The translations under genes were made by a program, and so were the position numbers. This document shows, one piece after another, positions 43,995 through 57,382 of a stretch of 64,000 nt of DNA. How positions within the stretch are numbered: position 1 is the stretch's first letter; the number at the start of each line of letters is the position of its first letter. Source of the stretch: Diplonema japonicum (Eukaryota > Protista > Euglenozoa: Diplonemea). The stretch is taken from positions 186,001-250,000 of the forward strand of contig OZ025692.1 in assembly GCA_964019335.1 (NCBI GenBank). Direction: 5' to 3'. A model generated the notes under the pieces. That model was not told the DNA's origin, searched no databases, and saw only the letters and a list, made by a program, of their open reading frames with translations.

Positions 43995-45233
43995 TTATTT
44001 TGCAGCCAACTTCTCAGCAATCTTCTTAGCTTTCTCGCGACTAATCCCACAGTGAATGCGAACCTGAATTTTTTTATGATTTTTTTAAAAAAAATAAAAA
44101 ACTTTTTTTAAAATCCCCCCCCACCCCCATACCGTATTTGTGTTTGCAGTAGGAGTAATCCCTTCCTGAGTGAACATAGACCCGGGGCAAATCCCAACCC
44201 CAGCAGCCAAGGCCGCCGTGGTAGCCTCTAGATCCGACGAAAAAGTGTGGACAAAGTTTCCATACATGGTACCCTTGGGAGGGATGGGCGTCCAGGAAGG
44301 GAAGCGCGACAAGAATCCTGCACTTAAAACAGACCAATTGTCGTTTAACAAGGAGTTCAACTCTTTGATGTGGACATCATATTCGTCGAGATGGCAGTTG
44401 AGGAAATCGGCAACGGCGTGCTGGAGGAGGGGGGTACAAATGTACACAGGGTCCATAACAGCCATCATGCTGGAAATAGTTGTCTTGCTGCTCACAGCAT
44501 AACCAATTCTCCACGACTGCGCGCCAAGCGTTTTGCTGAAACCCCTGCACACAACCACGTCGTCGTCCAAACCGTTTCGGATGATAGACGCGTGTTCAGA
44601 ATCACCAAACACCATATCACTGTAGCACTCATCTACAATAAGTTTCTTCCCCATTTTCTTGACGGTGTTGTACACAGCCAGAACCTCGTCCATCGACCAC
44701 ACCTTGCCAGTCGGATTCTGAGGTGTGCACATTAACAGGACATCTGCGTCGGCAAGTTTTTCCTCGGCTCCTTTGATGTTCGGGGTAAATTTCACCCCTT
44801 TGAAATTCTCCGATTCCAAGCCTTCCACATATATCGGGGTCACACCTGTGACAGACAGGATCTGGTGCAGATGGTACGTGTAGAATGGTTCCATGAGGAC
44901 CACCTTTGGGGGTCGGCCGAGGGTTTTTTTGAAGTGGAGCAGGCTTGCTACAATGGCACCTGTCACGCCTTGTGTTGCTAGGATGCATCCGGTGAGGTCG
45001 TGGGTTAGGCCTTCTCTGTTTAGGATTTTTTCCAGGGCTTTTAGGTAATCGGGCTCGCCGGCTCTGGCTCTGTAGCAATGTGTGTCTTCCCTCATGGCAA
45101 CTTCTCCCGCGATCTCCCTGAGTCTCCGGGGAGGGGGGAGTTCGATCATCCCTTGTGCCAAAGTGTCGATGCCGTTCGCCACGCAGTAGTCGTTGATGTC
45201 CCTCATGGACTTCATGTTTTCGAGGCCCGTCAT
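43995..45233 (-). CDS. PLP-dependent aminotransferase class I/II, 2 exons
   Basis: Exons 45233-44133 and 44063-43995. LAQG, EPFY, PQNPTGKV, DECY, GFSKTL..WRIGY; exon 2 supplies the conserved VRI arginine strand. Confidence 0.9.
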
Positions 45234-45338
45234 TTTTTTTTTTTTTTTTGCCCTTTTTTTTTTTTATGTACACAAGTGATGAAACAGAATTCGACGACTG
45301 CTGTTGTTCTGGTTTCAAGTATAGGAAACAAGGCTATT

Positions 45339-45392
<54 letters not shown>

Positions 45393-46457
45393 GGTTATCG
45401 AGGTCGGAATGGGCTCAGATCGCCAAGAAGAAGAAAAGTTTCAAACCCCGACTAAGATCGAAAATTTAAAAAAAAAATTGCTCGGCGGTGATCGGTTAGA
45501 TTTGGAAGGAAAAAAAAAAAGAAAAAAAAAAAAACTACGACATGTTGTTGACATTATCCCCCCCCGCCTCCTTGCTAGACCTCAAGGGGGAGAAGAAGGG
45601 GGGAAAAAAAGAATAATAAAAAAAAAAGCCCTCTCTCCCATTTTTTTTTTTTTTTTTTTTAATGTTTCTCCCCCACACTGTCCCCCTCAGTTCAAGCTTT
45701 TCGAAGGGAAAAAAAAATAAAAAAATGAAATGAGGCGGGGTTCCGTTGTGGGTAGCGCGAGAGAAAGGGAAAAAAAAAAAAAAAAAAAAAAAAAAGAGAG
45801 AAGAACTGGCAGTCTCAATTATTTTTTACCGTATTCGGACTCAATATGGGGGAAACCGATTCTTCATTGCTGCTTCCTGTTAGGCAGGTCAGTGAAGCTG
45901 CCAAACTGCCCCACGAAAGCAGTATTATCCGCATCCCCTTTGCAAAAGATAAGTTGGAAAAAAACTTTTTTTTCCGTTTCATAAAATCCAAATACGGCTT
46001 TTTCTTTTTCTTTCTTCTTCTTTTTGTTACTTCATGCTTCTATGATTGAATTTCCCTAAAAAGGGAGAGGGGGGGAAAAAATAAATAAGAAAGGAGGCCA
46101 TAAGCAGATCTATTCAATGTTCTTTTCTTTTTTTTTCCCCTCCAAATATTCCTTCCCCCCCAAGGAAGAAAGGTATTAAAAAATTACACTTGAAAGAAAA
46201 AAAAGGACGAAAAAAAAAAAAGAAAAAAAAAACGTAACTTATGGAAAGAAAAAAAGAGAAGAGCAGGCTATTTTTTTTTTTTTTTGAATAAGAAAACCAG
46301 GGCTTTTTTTTTGTGTCCTTCATCCATTTTCCCTCAGCACACTATTTTACGGAGAAAGAAGAGGGAAAAAAAAAGAAAAAAAGAAGAAGAAGAAAGAAGA
46401 AAAGAGGGAAGACACATTTCTTTTTTTTTTTTTAAATTATTTGTTTCAATCTTTTAT

Positions 46458-46723
46458 TTATTTCTTAGTAGAAGCCCTGGCAATGGCTTTTTTCGCCGCC
46501 TTTTCCGCGTTCTTGTCATCCTTTTCCGCCTATTTTTTTTTTTTTCCTCTTTTTTTTTGCCCCCATTTTTTTTTTTTTTTTTTTTTCCCCCGTACCTGTC
46601 TTGCAGCAGCCCTTCTATCCTTCCTGGAGTAACCCTGGATCCTTTGACCGGGACCAGGCTGCGGCTGAAGAGGGTTCTGCCCAGCCGAGTGCCGCTCAGC
46701 GGCTTTCTTGAGCATAGGGCCAA

Positions 46724-46758
<35 letters not shown>

Positions 46759-47181
46759 CCCCCCCCTCCAGCATACCGTGTCCCAGGCCTTGTAGACCCC
46801 ATACAAGGGAACAAGCACGTAAACAAACCAGGCATATGAGGTAATGAGGAGAAGCACCTGCACTGTCCAGCAAACCCAAAGAAGGTCCTGGACATAGGTG
46901 TACAGGCCCAGGTCTTTGGGGTCAGCCAGGTTCACGCAAGATACAATTTGGCCCTCGCTGCCCAACTGGGGTTTCCCGTGTTTTTCAAGGTGCTGCAGCG
47001 CAAAGTACTCTTGAACAGCAAAAAACGCCACATACAGGATGGTGCTTACGGAGAAGAAATCGCCCTTGTACCCAAGGTGGTACGCAACAACGAAGGCGTT
47101 GATCCCCAAGCTGATCTTTTGAAACAGAGCGATAAGCTTCTTGTTCTTCGCATCGTTGGCTTTGGCGTTGCCCTTCGCCAT
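46458..47181 (-). CDS. TMEM208: TMEM208/SND2 (DUF788) ER membrane protein, 3 exons
   Basis: Exons 47181-46777, 46724-46596, 46529-46458. MAK..AK...N, KP....G.I....NL, Y..DLL.V...VQ, VPLYGVYK, basic tail. Confidence 0.8.
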
Positions 47182-47547
47182 TTTTTTTTTTTTTTTTTTG
47201 CTTGTCTTTTTTTTTTTTTCTTTTCCCCCAATCAACGAGAAAAAAAAAAAAAAGAATATACGCCAAATCAGCTAAAGCCGGTTGGTAAAGAAAAAAAAGG
47301 GGGGGGGGGAGGGAGTGAAGAAAATCTAAAACTGAAGAGAAAAAGAAAGGGGGATGGTTTTTTTTTTTATAAAGAAGAAAAAAAATAGTAAAAAGAAAGG
47401 GAAAAAAAAGCTCTATCATAAAGTAAATACTCCCTCCCGCCCCAAGAAAAAAAAAATGAGATAAGAAAAAAGGCAAAAAAAAAAAAAAAGAAAAATCCAT
47501 CAACAATAATTTCTAAAATAAAAAAAAAAAGAATAAAAAAAAAAAAT

Positions 47548-47627
47548 CTATTTCCGCCTCTTTTTGCTTGCATTTTCTGTTGCGTTCTCGTTGGGTCGCT
47601 TCTTAATGGTGTTGTCGTGGCGGACGA

Positions 47628-47667
<40 letters not shown>

Positions 47668-50600
47668 CTCTCACTCCCATACCTGCGACTGTCCATCAGC
47701 CAGCCTCACCCTAAAAAGCACATTTGCATTGTTGAACATGCCCTCTTTGAGCGAGACAACCAAAAACTGAGAATTTTTGAAATGCGTCGAAAGCATCTTC
47801 CCAATATTCTGAGTGTGCGACAGATCAAGCGCTGCATCGACCTCATCAAGAATATAAACCGGCGCCGGCTTGTACTTCAGCAAGGACAATATGTACGAAA
47901 GTGCAAGGAGAGACCGCTGCCCGCCCGACAATTCTGTGAGGGATTCTTTCCAGTTGTTGCCCATGGCCACTCGAATGGTCAGCCCTGTGATGGTGCTGTT
48001 GGATGTCTCGCCTTTGAGTTGCGCGCGTGCCCCAGGGAGGAGAGAAGAGAAGATGCTGCTGAAGTCCTTGCTAACCTTTGCGAAGGTTTCGCCGATCGTT
48101 TTCTTCTTCTGCTCGTCGAGCTCCTCTATTGTCCTCAGAACATGCTCCTTATCCCTCTGGACCTGCTCCCTCTTCTCCAACACGTCTTTGTACTGAGCTT
48201 CAACACTCTCATACATTGCAACCACCTTGTGGTTCACGCATTTGCTCATTTTTGCGTCTTGTGTTTTTAACGATTCCAGTCTCGCGAACTCTTTCACGTA
48301 ATCGATGGCCCTCCAGTCAAGATCCCCGTTCTTCCCAAAGTTTTTCTTGTTTTCCACGACAAACCCTGTTTTTTCCAACTCTTTCAATTTTTTTTGCTTG
48401 TCATCGAGCATCTTGCTCAGCTCCTTGTGGCGGAGGTTCAACCGCTCCACCTTCGCGTTTAGGTCGCCTTTCATGTCCTTCAGGTTCGACAGTTCCCTTT
48501 GCTTCACAGCGACACCTGTGTTAGCGCTTGTGAGCTTGTCCTTTAGTTCATTCATAGCATCTTCCTTTTCTTTCATGCCTTCCTTTATCGTCTCGAGCTC
48601 TCTCTTTCTTCGTTGAATGGTGGATTTTAACTGTGCCAGTTTTGATTCTTCCTCCTGTTTGTCCGATTGTATCCTTCCGAGATCGCCTTCCATTTCCGAT
48701 TTTGTCGCATCGGCTTCTGCGACCTTCTTCCTGGTGTCCGTTCTTTTGGGTTGGAGTGCTTTGATGTCCTGTTTCACTTTTACAAGCTTTCCCTCGGCTT
48801 CTTTTTTTTTCTTATCGATGTCGCCGCCCTTCTTCACCTCTGTGTCGAGGTTGCCGATCTCCTTCTTCAGGTTTTCCGCTTTTGCTTTGTTCGTTGTAGC
48901 AGATGCTTCAGCTTCTTCGATCTGCGACTCAAGCTTCGTGATCTGCTCTGCGATTTGATGCTGTTGGTTGGTCGACAACTTGTACTTCAAGGTGTCCACG
49001 CCACGGCGTTGTGATTCAAGCGCTTGTTTCTGTTCTTCAAAACGGTGTCCTGCGCCAAGGATCTGGGCATGCTGTTTTTCAAGTGTGACAAGCTCTTCCT
49101 TCACCTTCTTCAAAACTTCTTTCTTTGTTAGGTACCTACCGTAGAGTGCGAGGGTCTTGTCGAGGTCCTTGGTAGACCCGCCCTGCATGACACCGCCCGG
49201 TTGGACAACCTCACCATCTGTTGTGACAGAGACCTGTTTGACGTCTTTGTGAAATGTCACTGCTGCTGCAGTGTTGATGTCGGAGCAGATAAACCTCTTC
49301 CCGAAGACGAAACGGACAGCGGGGGCTACTTCGTCGGAGTACGTTATGAGTTCCAAAGCAAGCTTTGCCTCGCCGCCTTTGCTCTTTGCGGCTTTTTCCG
49401 CGATCTTGCACATATCCGGAGGGCACACTTGGTCTGTGATCTTGTTTAACGGGATGATCGTAACCCGGTTCCTCACCTCCTTCATCATCTTCTTGCCCGT
49501 CTGTTCGTTGTCGACCACTAGGTTGTACATTGCCCTGCCTGCAGCTTGTGTTAATGCTGTTGTGTACTTTTCCTCTTTGACATTGATGAGCTTTGCGATA
49601 ACACCCATTACCTTGCCTTCCATGTCGCTGGGGAGGTTTCCTCTTTTGTATTGGATGTCAAGGGCTGATTTTGTCACTGTTTCCAATTGCAGGACTTCGT
49701 GTTCGAGTTGCGAGACCTTCGGGGCCATCTCGCGGATGGTCTCTCGGAGTTCCTTCTCCTTCGCCTCGTCGTAGCCGCCTGTCTGTTGTTTAAGCTTCTC
49801 CTCCGCTGCTGCAAGGCTGTCCTGTCCCTCTTGAAGCTGGCGCTTCATGGTGGCGTAGTCCGAGTCAGTGTGGCGGGCTTGGGTTTTCTTTGTCTTCAAT
49901 TGTTGTTCGGACTGCGATTTGAGGAGATCTGCTTGGCGGACAGCGCCTTCGCATTGGATGAGCTGTTTTTTGTATCTGTCAAGCTGTTCTGTGAGGGAAA
50001 CGCCTTCAGCGGAAGCGGCGATCCCAGATTTGAGAAGCTGGAGCTGGCGGGAGAAGTTCTCTACCATAACTTCGTACTCTTGGAAGAGCGTGTCTTGCTT
50101 GATGAGATCTTGTTTGGCTTTTTCGGTCTCGGAGTCGTGCGACTTGAGGTTCCTCTGAACGATGCCTTCCTCTTGAACGAGTTTTTTAACGGCAGATTCT
50201 TGTTTGATGGCTTCAGACTCCGAGTTGCGCAGCTCGGCTTGCTTCGTGACGTAGGTTTTGTTCGCATCGTCGAAATCTTTTTGAGAGGCGCCGAGACCGA
50301 ATGTCAGGGATGTTGCGTGCATGCCTTTGAGGCTTTCGACTTCTTCGGCGAGTTCTTCAATAGAATCGGCAAGGTCGCTGATTTGTGTCTTGACGCCATC
50401 ACGTTCGCCTGCAATGTCGCGAGCTTCGTTTGACAAGCGGGTGCATGTTTCAGCTAGGTGTTCATAGTCGTAGGCTTGCTTCATTCTGGATAGTTGGGTG
50501 ATGGTAGACTTTCCTTGGAGGTACAGGTCGTATTCCCGACGGTCAGCTTCGCGTTTCTGAAGTGTGGGTTTCATGTCTTCCTCCAGCTGGCGATCGATTT

Positions 50601-51180
50601 CGCTTAGCTTGATGTCCTTCTTCTGCACCATTGCTTGCGCACTTGTTTTCTTCTGCTCGAACATTCTGGTGCCGGCTGCCTCCTGAAGCATCGACAGCCG
50701 TTCAACTGGCTTCATGTTGAGCACCTTTGTGATGGTTCCCTGCATGATCAGGAAGTGTGGGTTGTTGACGTTGAGCTGTACGGAATGGAACAGATTCTGA
50801 ACTTGTTGAAGCTGCGCGCCTGTTCCGTTTATGAAGAATTTGTTTCGTCCTGCTGTTACGATCTGCCTGGTCACGGTTATGGTGTCGCAATCTGGGAACC
50901 CCGGAGGCTTCCCTTCCTCGTCCGTGTTGTCGAAGTCGATGGTAACACTGGCCTTGGAGATACCTGCTTGGCCGCTTTTGTAAATTAACTCAGAGATGTC
51001 CCTGACGCGAACTTTGTGCAGGTTGGAGATTGCGAACACGAAGCAGACTGCGTCCAGGATGTTGGACTTGCCGCTTCCGTTGAGGCCTGTAATGGCGTTG
51101 AATTCCCTATCGAAGGGGCCTATAACTGTTCTGTGGGCGTAGGATTTGAACCCATCGATGATGACCTGCTTGATCCACAT
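47548..51180 (-). CDS. SMC2: Condensin subunit SMC2, 2 exons
   Basis: IDGFKSY, FNAITGLNGSGKSNILDA, VQLNVNNPHFLIMQG, hinge, ELSGGQRSL, YILDEVDAALD, SLKEGMFNNANVLF. Exons 51180-47683 and 47628-47548, ending in KKRRK. Confidence 0.97.
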
Positions 51181-51646
51181 TTTTTTTTCTCCCTCTTCCC
51201 TCCTCCCCCCACCCTACCAAGTTGATAAATCGAGAAGGGAAAAAAAAAAAGGGGGAGGGGAAACAAAAAAGTTAATTCCGGACAGAATACAGGAGAGGGG
51301 GTGGGGTGGGGTGGGGTGGGGGGAAGAGTGTAGAGAGTCGGGGAAAAAAAAAAAAAAAAAAAACTAGAAGATTTTTGTGTGTGGAAAGCAAAGAAATTGC
51401 ACTGACAAACAATAGACCGAAGAATCGGAAGAAAAAAGAGGCAAAAAAAAAAAAAAAAAAAGAAAAAAAGAAAAGAAAAAGAAAGGGAGCATTCGCTTTT
51501 TTGCGGCTTTTCCCCTTCCCATCTCCTTTTCTTCGGTGATGCCCCTGTGCTATGAGCTGCGAGCACAAATTGTTGCCCTATTATTATTATTTTTTTTTCT
51601 AATATATTTCTTTCATCCCTGCAGGAGGAAGTAGAATAAAAAAAAA

Positions 51647-51934
51647 ATATGAGTTAAAGGAGGCCGGTGTTGGCGGCGCCCTGCACAAGAACTGTCTACT
51701 TGATTACAGGGGGCGCACCGCGGCCAAGTTGTAGCTTCTTCTGCGTTCCGCGTCGTGTCCTTAATGCGTGCGGTGTACAGCTCAACCCCAGCCCGTCCCG
51801 GGTAACCAAGACTTTTTGCGCTCGTGCAGTTTGCTGCCTGTTCGTCACCCTGAGCATCTGCATTATGTTCTTCCACTCGGGCGCTACCGGTGATGACCGA
51901 CGAGGAGGTCAACAGCGAACAACACATCTGATGG
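51647..51934 (-). mobile_element. Degraded hAT transposase C-terminal (dimerisation-domain-like) fragment plus 3' region
   Basis: Across frameshifts FAVDLL..GSA..EWKNI..NRQQTARAQKVLV resembles hAT dimerisation consensus ER.WS...RNRL...RA.KLV; ends in the motif shared with 16107-16144 and 30275-30324. Confidence 0.5.
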
Positions 51935-52902
51935 TTTTCTTATATTTTCATGTTATCCCCACCACCAGAAAAAAATAAGGAGAAAAAAAAAAAAGAATAA
52001 GAAAAAGAACAGAGAAGAACCTGACTAAAACGTATGAGAAATGGAAGAGGGAAAAAAAAAATTTAAAAAAAAAAAAAATGGAATAAAATTCACAATGATG
52101 GAGGTAGAGGAACTGGCCTGTTATGCTTGTGCGTGCCGGGCAGAAACCTGGAGAAAGGTTTTATAACCCGAAAAACCATAGCAGGGCTCCCTCCTTTCGT
52201 TTGCAACCACAAAGACTCGTTCTTGCAAAAGAAGAAAAGAAGAAGAGAAAAAAGATTTTCTTTTTGAACGTCTTGACACAGATGAAAATCGCCAGCACTG
52301 AACATTGAGGAGAGGGGGTTACATATAACTACTTTCTTTCAATTCCAGGGGGGAGGGCTTTATTTAAGGACAACAAAAATTTCTTTTTTTTTATTCCTTT
52401 TCTTGACCCATGTGGTTCTTGGAGTAAAGTAGAGCCGTCTGATTGGAGGAGTCTATGCAAACTGTGTTCTTACCTACAAGGGACAAATGGGCTGAGCTGC
52501 CTCTACTCTTTTTTTCTTTGCAATAACAATTCGTCAAGGTTTATATTCCAGCAAAAAAGGATTTTTTTTTTCTTTTTTGAAAGACAGAGAGCAGGGTGTG
52601 CATTTTTTTTTTTCTTCTTTTTCTTAAAAAAATTTAAAAAAAAATAGCAAACTGAGTCACATCCTTGTGACCCTTTGCATTTAAAAAAAAAAAAAGTAAG
52701 AGTGGAAATTCTTTTTTCTTTTTCTTTCTTAGTTAATGATCCCAACCAGTCTTCCCCCCCCCAAAAAAAATGGATTCACTGTGATAGTGGGGGGGGGGGG
52801 GGGGGGGGTGTTTAGCAACTACTAAAAAAAAGAAAAAAAAAAAGAGACATTTAAAAAAGGAAGATAATACATGCAAATATTTTTTCACCTTTTTTCTATT
52901 TG

Positions 52903-52935
<33 letters not shown>

Positions 52936-53541
52936 AGAGAAAACTAATGCGCCCTCCTTCTTGGTCTGACGAGACGTTCGTTTGTTGTAAACTGATTTTT
53001 TGTAGCCGCAAAAAAAAAAGGAAGAAAAACTATATAAAATCAACAAGTTCTCGCTGCAGTACGCAGTTCTTCTAGCTCAAACAATATGGTCAGTTATTTA
53101 AATACTTGTCCGTGACTTTCTTTGATATTTTTTTTTGGTTGGGGGGTGTACTTTTTTCTGATCCTAAAAAAAAAAAAAAAAAAAAAAAAGGCATGGAGTG
53201 CAAATATGAACATTTTTCTAAAAAGAAAACAATGATGCATAGCACAGGGACAGGTTTATGAAGAATTGGCATTTTGTACCATTGTTAATGCTACAACAGA
53301 GGAAAAAAAGAAAAAAGAAAAAAAAAAGGTGGAAAAAAAAAGAAGAAGACATTGCTTTAAAGGGCAAGCCCCACTTTTGAGGACCCCCTTTAAAACTAAA
53401 AGGATCCCAATCCTTCGGTTCGTTTCTAGTTCTTTTTGTATTTTTTTTTGTTTGAAGAGCGAGCAGAGGGGCGTGCTCTTTAAGTAAAAAAAAGGGGGGT
53501 GGGTGGGCAGACGGTTTACACCAAAAGGAGAAACATCCCCT

Positions 53542-53572
<31 letters not shown>

Positions 53573-53770
53573 ACTTAATGCAACAACCACCTCCGCTTCC
53601 TTGTTTTAAACGTGGTTTTCTTTCTTTTTTTTTTTGAGGAAGAAAATTGAAAAGGGGGGAAAATTGTATTTCTTACCACCCTCGGGGCCCCAGTTATTGG
53701 AAAAACAAAAAAATGTGGGAGGGGGGGGAAGTATCTAAAAAGTTTTTTTTTTTCACCCCGCCCCTCCCCA

Positions 53771-53836
53771 TCATGGACCTGATTCTTCAATGCTCAGTTC
53801 GAGTGGGGAATTCCGTGTTATTTCCTAGGTTTTTTT

Positions 53837-53868
<32 letters not shown>

Positions 53869-54665
53869 GTTAAAAACCACTCCCAACATACCCAACTCAG
53901 TGAACTCGACGTGAACTCAATGGGAAAGGGAGGTGAAGGGCAGGATGAGCCTGCCTCCTCCTCATCAGCTTGGCAGATTTCCGTTGTGGCGTCACTATCA
54001 GTGGAGAGAGACGAAAGACTAGGCGTGTAAGGAGGAGGCGGGGGCGGGTGCGACGGGAACATCTCCCCCGACGCAGGAGGGGACGGGACGGACTCCGCGG
54101 GCAGGGACCGTTTTTTAAACGAAAACTCTAATTTGTTTAGAATGTCCGGAGGGATAGGGTTGTCCCGCAGGTCGAGCAACAAAAGGGAAGAGCTCGCCCC
54201 AAGGTTGGCCGTGATAAGCTCTGGGTCGGTGGTCTGTATGTTATTCCCCGAGACAGATAAAAAACGAAGGTTCGAGTTGGTTCTCAGCGACTGCAGCAAA
54301 ACCTTGCACCCTGACTCCTCAATTGAATTTGATCCTAAATTGACATAAGTCAGGCTTGGGTTCTTCCTCAGTAGATGCGCCACTGGGGACACATTTCTGA
54401 TGTTGTTCCCGTTCAGGACGAGAGTCGAAAGTGCTTGATGGGTGCTCGCACTCTCACATATTGTTGTCATCCCCCGAAGCGAGAGGCCTGTCCAACCCAA
54501 CAGCAAGGAGCTCATGCTCCCGTTTTCTTTTACAATCGCCATGACTTGCTCTACTTTTATGTCAGTCAGGTACCTCTCGTTCAGATCTATCTTGACCAAT
54601 CCTTTCTCATCGAGTTTGTTGCTTTCTAAAACTGCTGCTCCTGAGCAGCTGCATGTCAATCCCAT
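53771..54665 (-). CDS. Leucine-rich repeat (RI-like) protein, likely N-acylated, 2 exons
   Basis: MGLTCSC N-terminus; LxxLxLxxNxI repeats; exons 54665-53892 and 53824-53771. Confidence 0.8.
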
Positions 54666-54719
54666 TTACCAATGGCCACTGGAATAAGGTGTTTTGAATG
54701 GTGCAACAAATTGGAAGGG

Positions 54720-54750
<31 letters not shown>

Positions 54751-54763
54751 GGTGCGTACGTGC

Positions 54764-54806
<43 letters not shown>

Positions 54807-55043
54807 GAGAGAGAGAGAGAGAGAAGAAAAGGGGAAGGGGAGAAGGAGAGAGGGAAGAAAGGAAAAGAAAAAAAAAAAGACAAGAAAGAAAGTCTAACGA
54901 CCCTTAGTCTATTTCTTTTTTTTTTTTTTTGCATACCATTTTTATAAAAACAGAAAAACAAACAGAACAAAAAAAAAATGCTGAGACTCTTAAGAAAGTC
55001 AGCTCAACAGCAAGGAAGAGAATAAAAAAATCTTTTTTTTTTT

Positions 55044-55617
55044 TTTTATTTCACTCTTCGTCATTTTCTTCACTCACTAGGGGCCTCATTATTTAACGCG
55101 AAATGGCCATTATTTAACGCGAAACGGCCATTATTTAACGCGAAATCGCCATTATTTAACTAGTTAAATAATGAGATTTTGCAGTTAAATAATGGCCCTT
55201 CAGAGTGAAATAATGGCCCTTCAGAGTGGAAAAATGAGTCTCGCCGTGGAAAAAAATGCACCCAACCCCTTGAAAATTTTTTTTGGGGTGGGCGTATTTT
55301 GACTATTTTTGGCCATCTGAGGCCATTCCAGCCCTTAAAAGTGGGAATAAGTGCCTTACTTCCCCTTTAAATGCCACGGCGAAATAGCAACCCCATATTA
55401 CCTTAGGAAACTCCCCAAAAAGGCTGACCTGCGTGAAAAAAAACAGCAGTGAAAGCAGTGAAGAGTGAGTGACTCAAATGACGAAAAGTGAAATAAAACG
55501 ACTTACTTGCCGCCAAATGAGCCATTATTTAACTCTCGTTACCCGTTACCCCCTGCGGGCCCTCGTGCAAAAAATTCAGGAACTCGAGTTAAATAATGAC
55601 TCATTATTTGTTGGCAA
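55044..55617. repeat. Foldback-like non-autonomous element / repeat complex
   Basis: 23-bp inverted repeat 55044-55066 / 55476-55498; three 21-bp tandem units CATTATTTAACGCGAAAYSGC (55087-55149); 24-bp palindrome CATTATTTAACTAGTTAAATAATG (55150-55173); second hairpin 55508-55617 with the same core. Confidence 0.7.
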
Positions 55618-55675
55618 TAAATAGTTATTTTTCTTCTCTCTTTTTTATTTATTTTTTTTTTTTTTTTTTTTCCCC

Positions 55676-57382
55676 TCACTTCTTCAACACCGGTTGTGCC
55701 TTGCTGTTGTGTAAAACCGAGGTTAAAATGTCGGATTTTCTAATGCCCAACAGCGGCGGCGGCGGCTGTCTTTTCTTTTTCACAGGTTTCAAACTATTGT
55801 TGAAGAACAATGATGAGGAAGAGAGGGTTGCTTCCCGCAGTCCAGAAGGAGGCTGAGAGCACTGCTGCGACTGCAGACAAGCAACCTGCTCCGACAGCAC
55901 ACGTACGTCTTCCTTAAGGGAAAGAACAACGGAGGTCAGGCTGCCCACAGACGACAAAAGCGTCTGAAGGTGATCGGGCTTCTTTTCTTCCTTCCACTTC
56001 ATCCCTTGAATAACTGCTTCGTGGCCATTGTGTTGCTCCCGCTTCTCCATGTCATGTATGGTGTGCCCGTGTAAGGTTTTCCCAAACACATCACCATTGG
56101 TACGATCGCTCTCTTCTGAGTTTTTTTTTTCCCTCCCACCATTGTTGGGAGGTTCATGGAGAACGACTCTGTTATCCGGATATTTCTTGGCCAGCGCGTC
56201 CCGCAGCTTGTGTAGAATACTGGACCTTGCCATCCAGAAGGTTTTCTTTTGGTTTGAATCGACAACAGGCGGGAGGGTGTTCGACCGTGCAAATAGTTCA
56301 AGCATTTCAGCGTGCTCCTGTTCGCAAGTTGCAGGTGCTACCAACTTCACCTTCTTCAACACCGCCCGCTCCAACATCTGCGGGAATTTCTTAATATAAA
56401 CCTTGTCCTTCTTCGGCGGTGCTGGTGGTGAAGGTGGAACACCTGTAACACCATCATCGGTTGCGACGCTGCTTAGAGTGAAGTCTGCAACATGCTCCTT
56501 CAACCTCTTCCCTGGAGGGATATTCGCATTTGTTACAGTAGCCAACGACGCACCGTCGCAACACTGCAGCCGGAGAACGGAATGATCTGGAATGGAAAGT
56601 CTGTTATTCGGGGTTCGTTTCAAGCCTTCGACCACATAGTGTGAGTAGTCCGGGTGTGCCGTTCTGCTGTGCTGTGTTACTTCGTCTTGAGACAGACTGG
56701 GTTTTACATCGATTGTTCCCCCGAAGAATTTCAACCCAAAACCTTTAGGATGTGAGGCCAGTATCGGGTTTGGAAACCCCCTCGCGGTCTTCATGCTGGA
56801 CCTCACTGGGCGGCGGTTCACATTGAATGGTATAGTCGGGGAGAGGGATTTATCAAGGTCTCCAAATGTGTTGAGCCCAAGGTCCATTTTGATGACCTGC
56901 CTTCGACGTTCTGCTGGGTCCTGGAGCTCGCTTGCTTTTTCTTCAATCCATTTCGATTTGTTCTTTTGGTACTCCGCGCGGACAGTTGCTTCCTTTGCGA
57001 GGTTGTTGTGGTGCTTCTCCACCAGCCTCAGAACGTCCACCAGGATGGCGATCTTTTTCTCTGCGTGGCCTGTGCTTTGAAACTGCGCTGCGGATAAACC
57101 GGGCTCGTACCCGTACTCTTCCCTCAACAGCGCCCACACCGTCCGCACCAACTCTTCGTCCCCCAACGGCACAATGAACCATTCGTGCTTTTGATAGTAG
57201 TCATCCGCTACTATAGAAGACACCCCGCAGACAAGCAGCCTCAATATCATGACCATTGGACGTGGATTGCCAGCTTCCAACAGCTTCCTGTCGAACTCAC
57301 CTTCCAAAGCCTCGGCCACACCAATGTCTCGAAGGCATGCTAACAGCCTTTCTAAATTGCGGAGCCCATGGTACGAAATGGC

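Noticed and set aside
51755-51790. TPHALR as a tyrosine-recombinase HxxR motif
   Set aside because: Adjacent sequence is better explained as a hAT C-terminal relic sharing DNA with the 15942-16586 element.
52390-52510. Mixed-composition islands in spacers (also about 14090-14170, 30660-30765, 45810-45955, 61140-61350) as ncRNA genes
   Set aside because: No tRNA, snRNA, SL or C/D box signatures that I could support; likely UTR or decayed TE sequence.
55087-55173. Possible CRISPR array
   Set aside because: Units are head-to-tail with near-identical linkers, there are no unique spacers or cas genes, and the context is eukaryotic.
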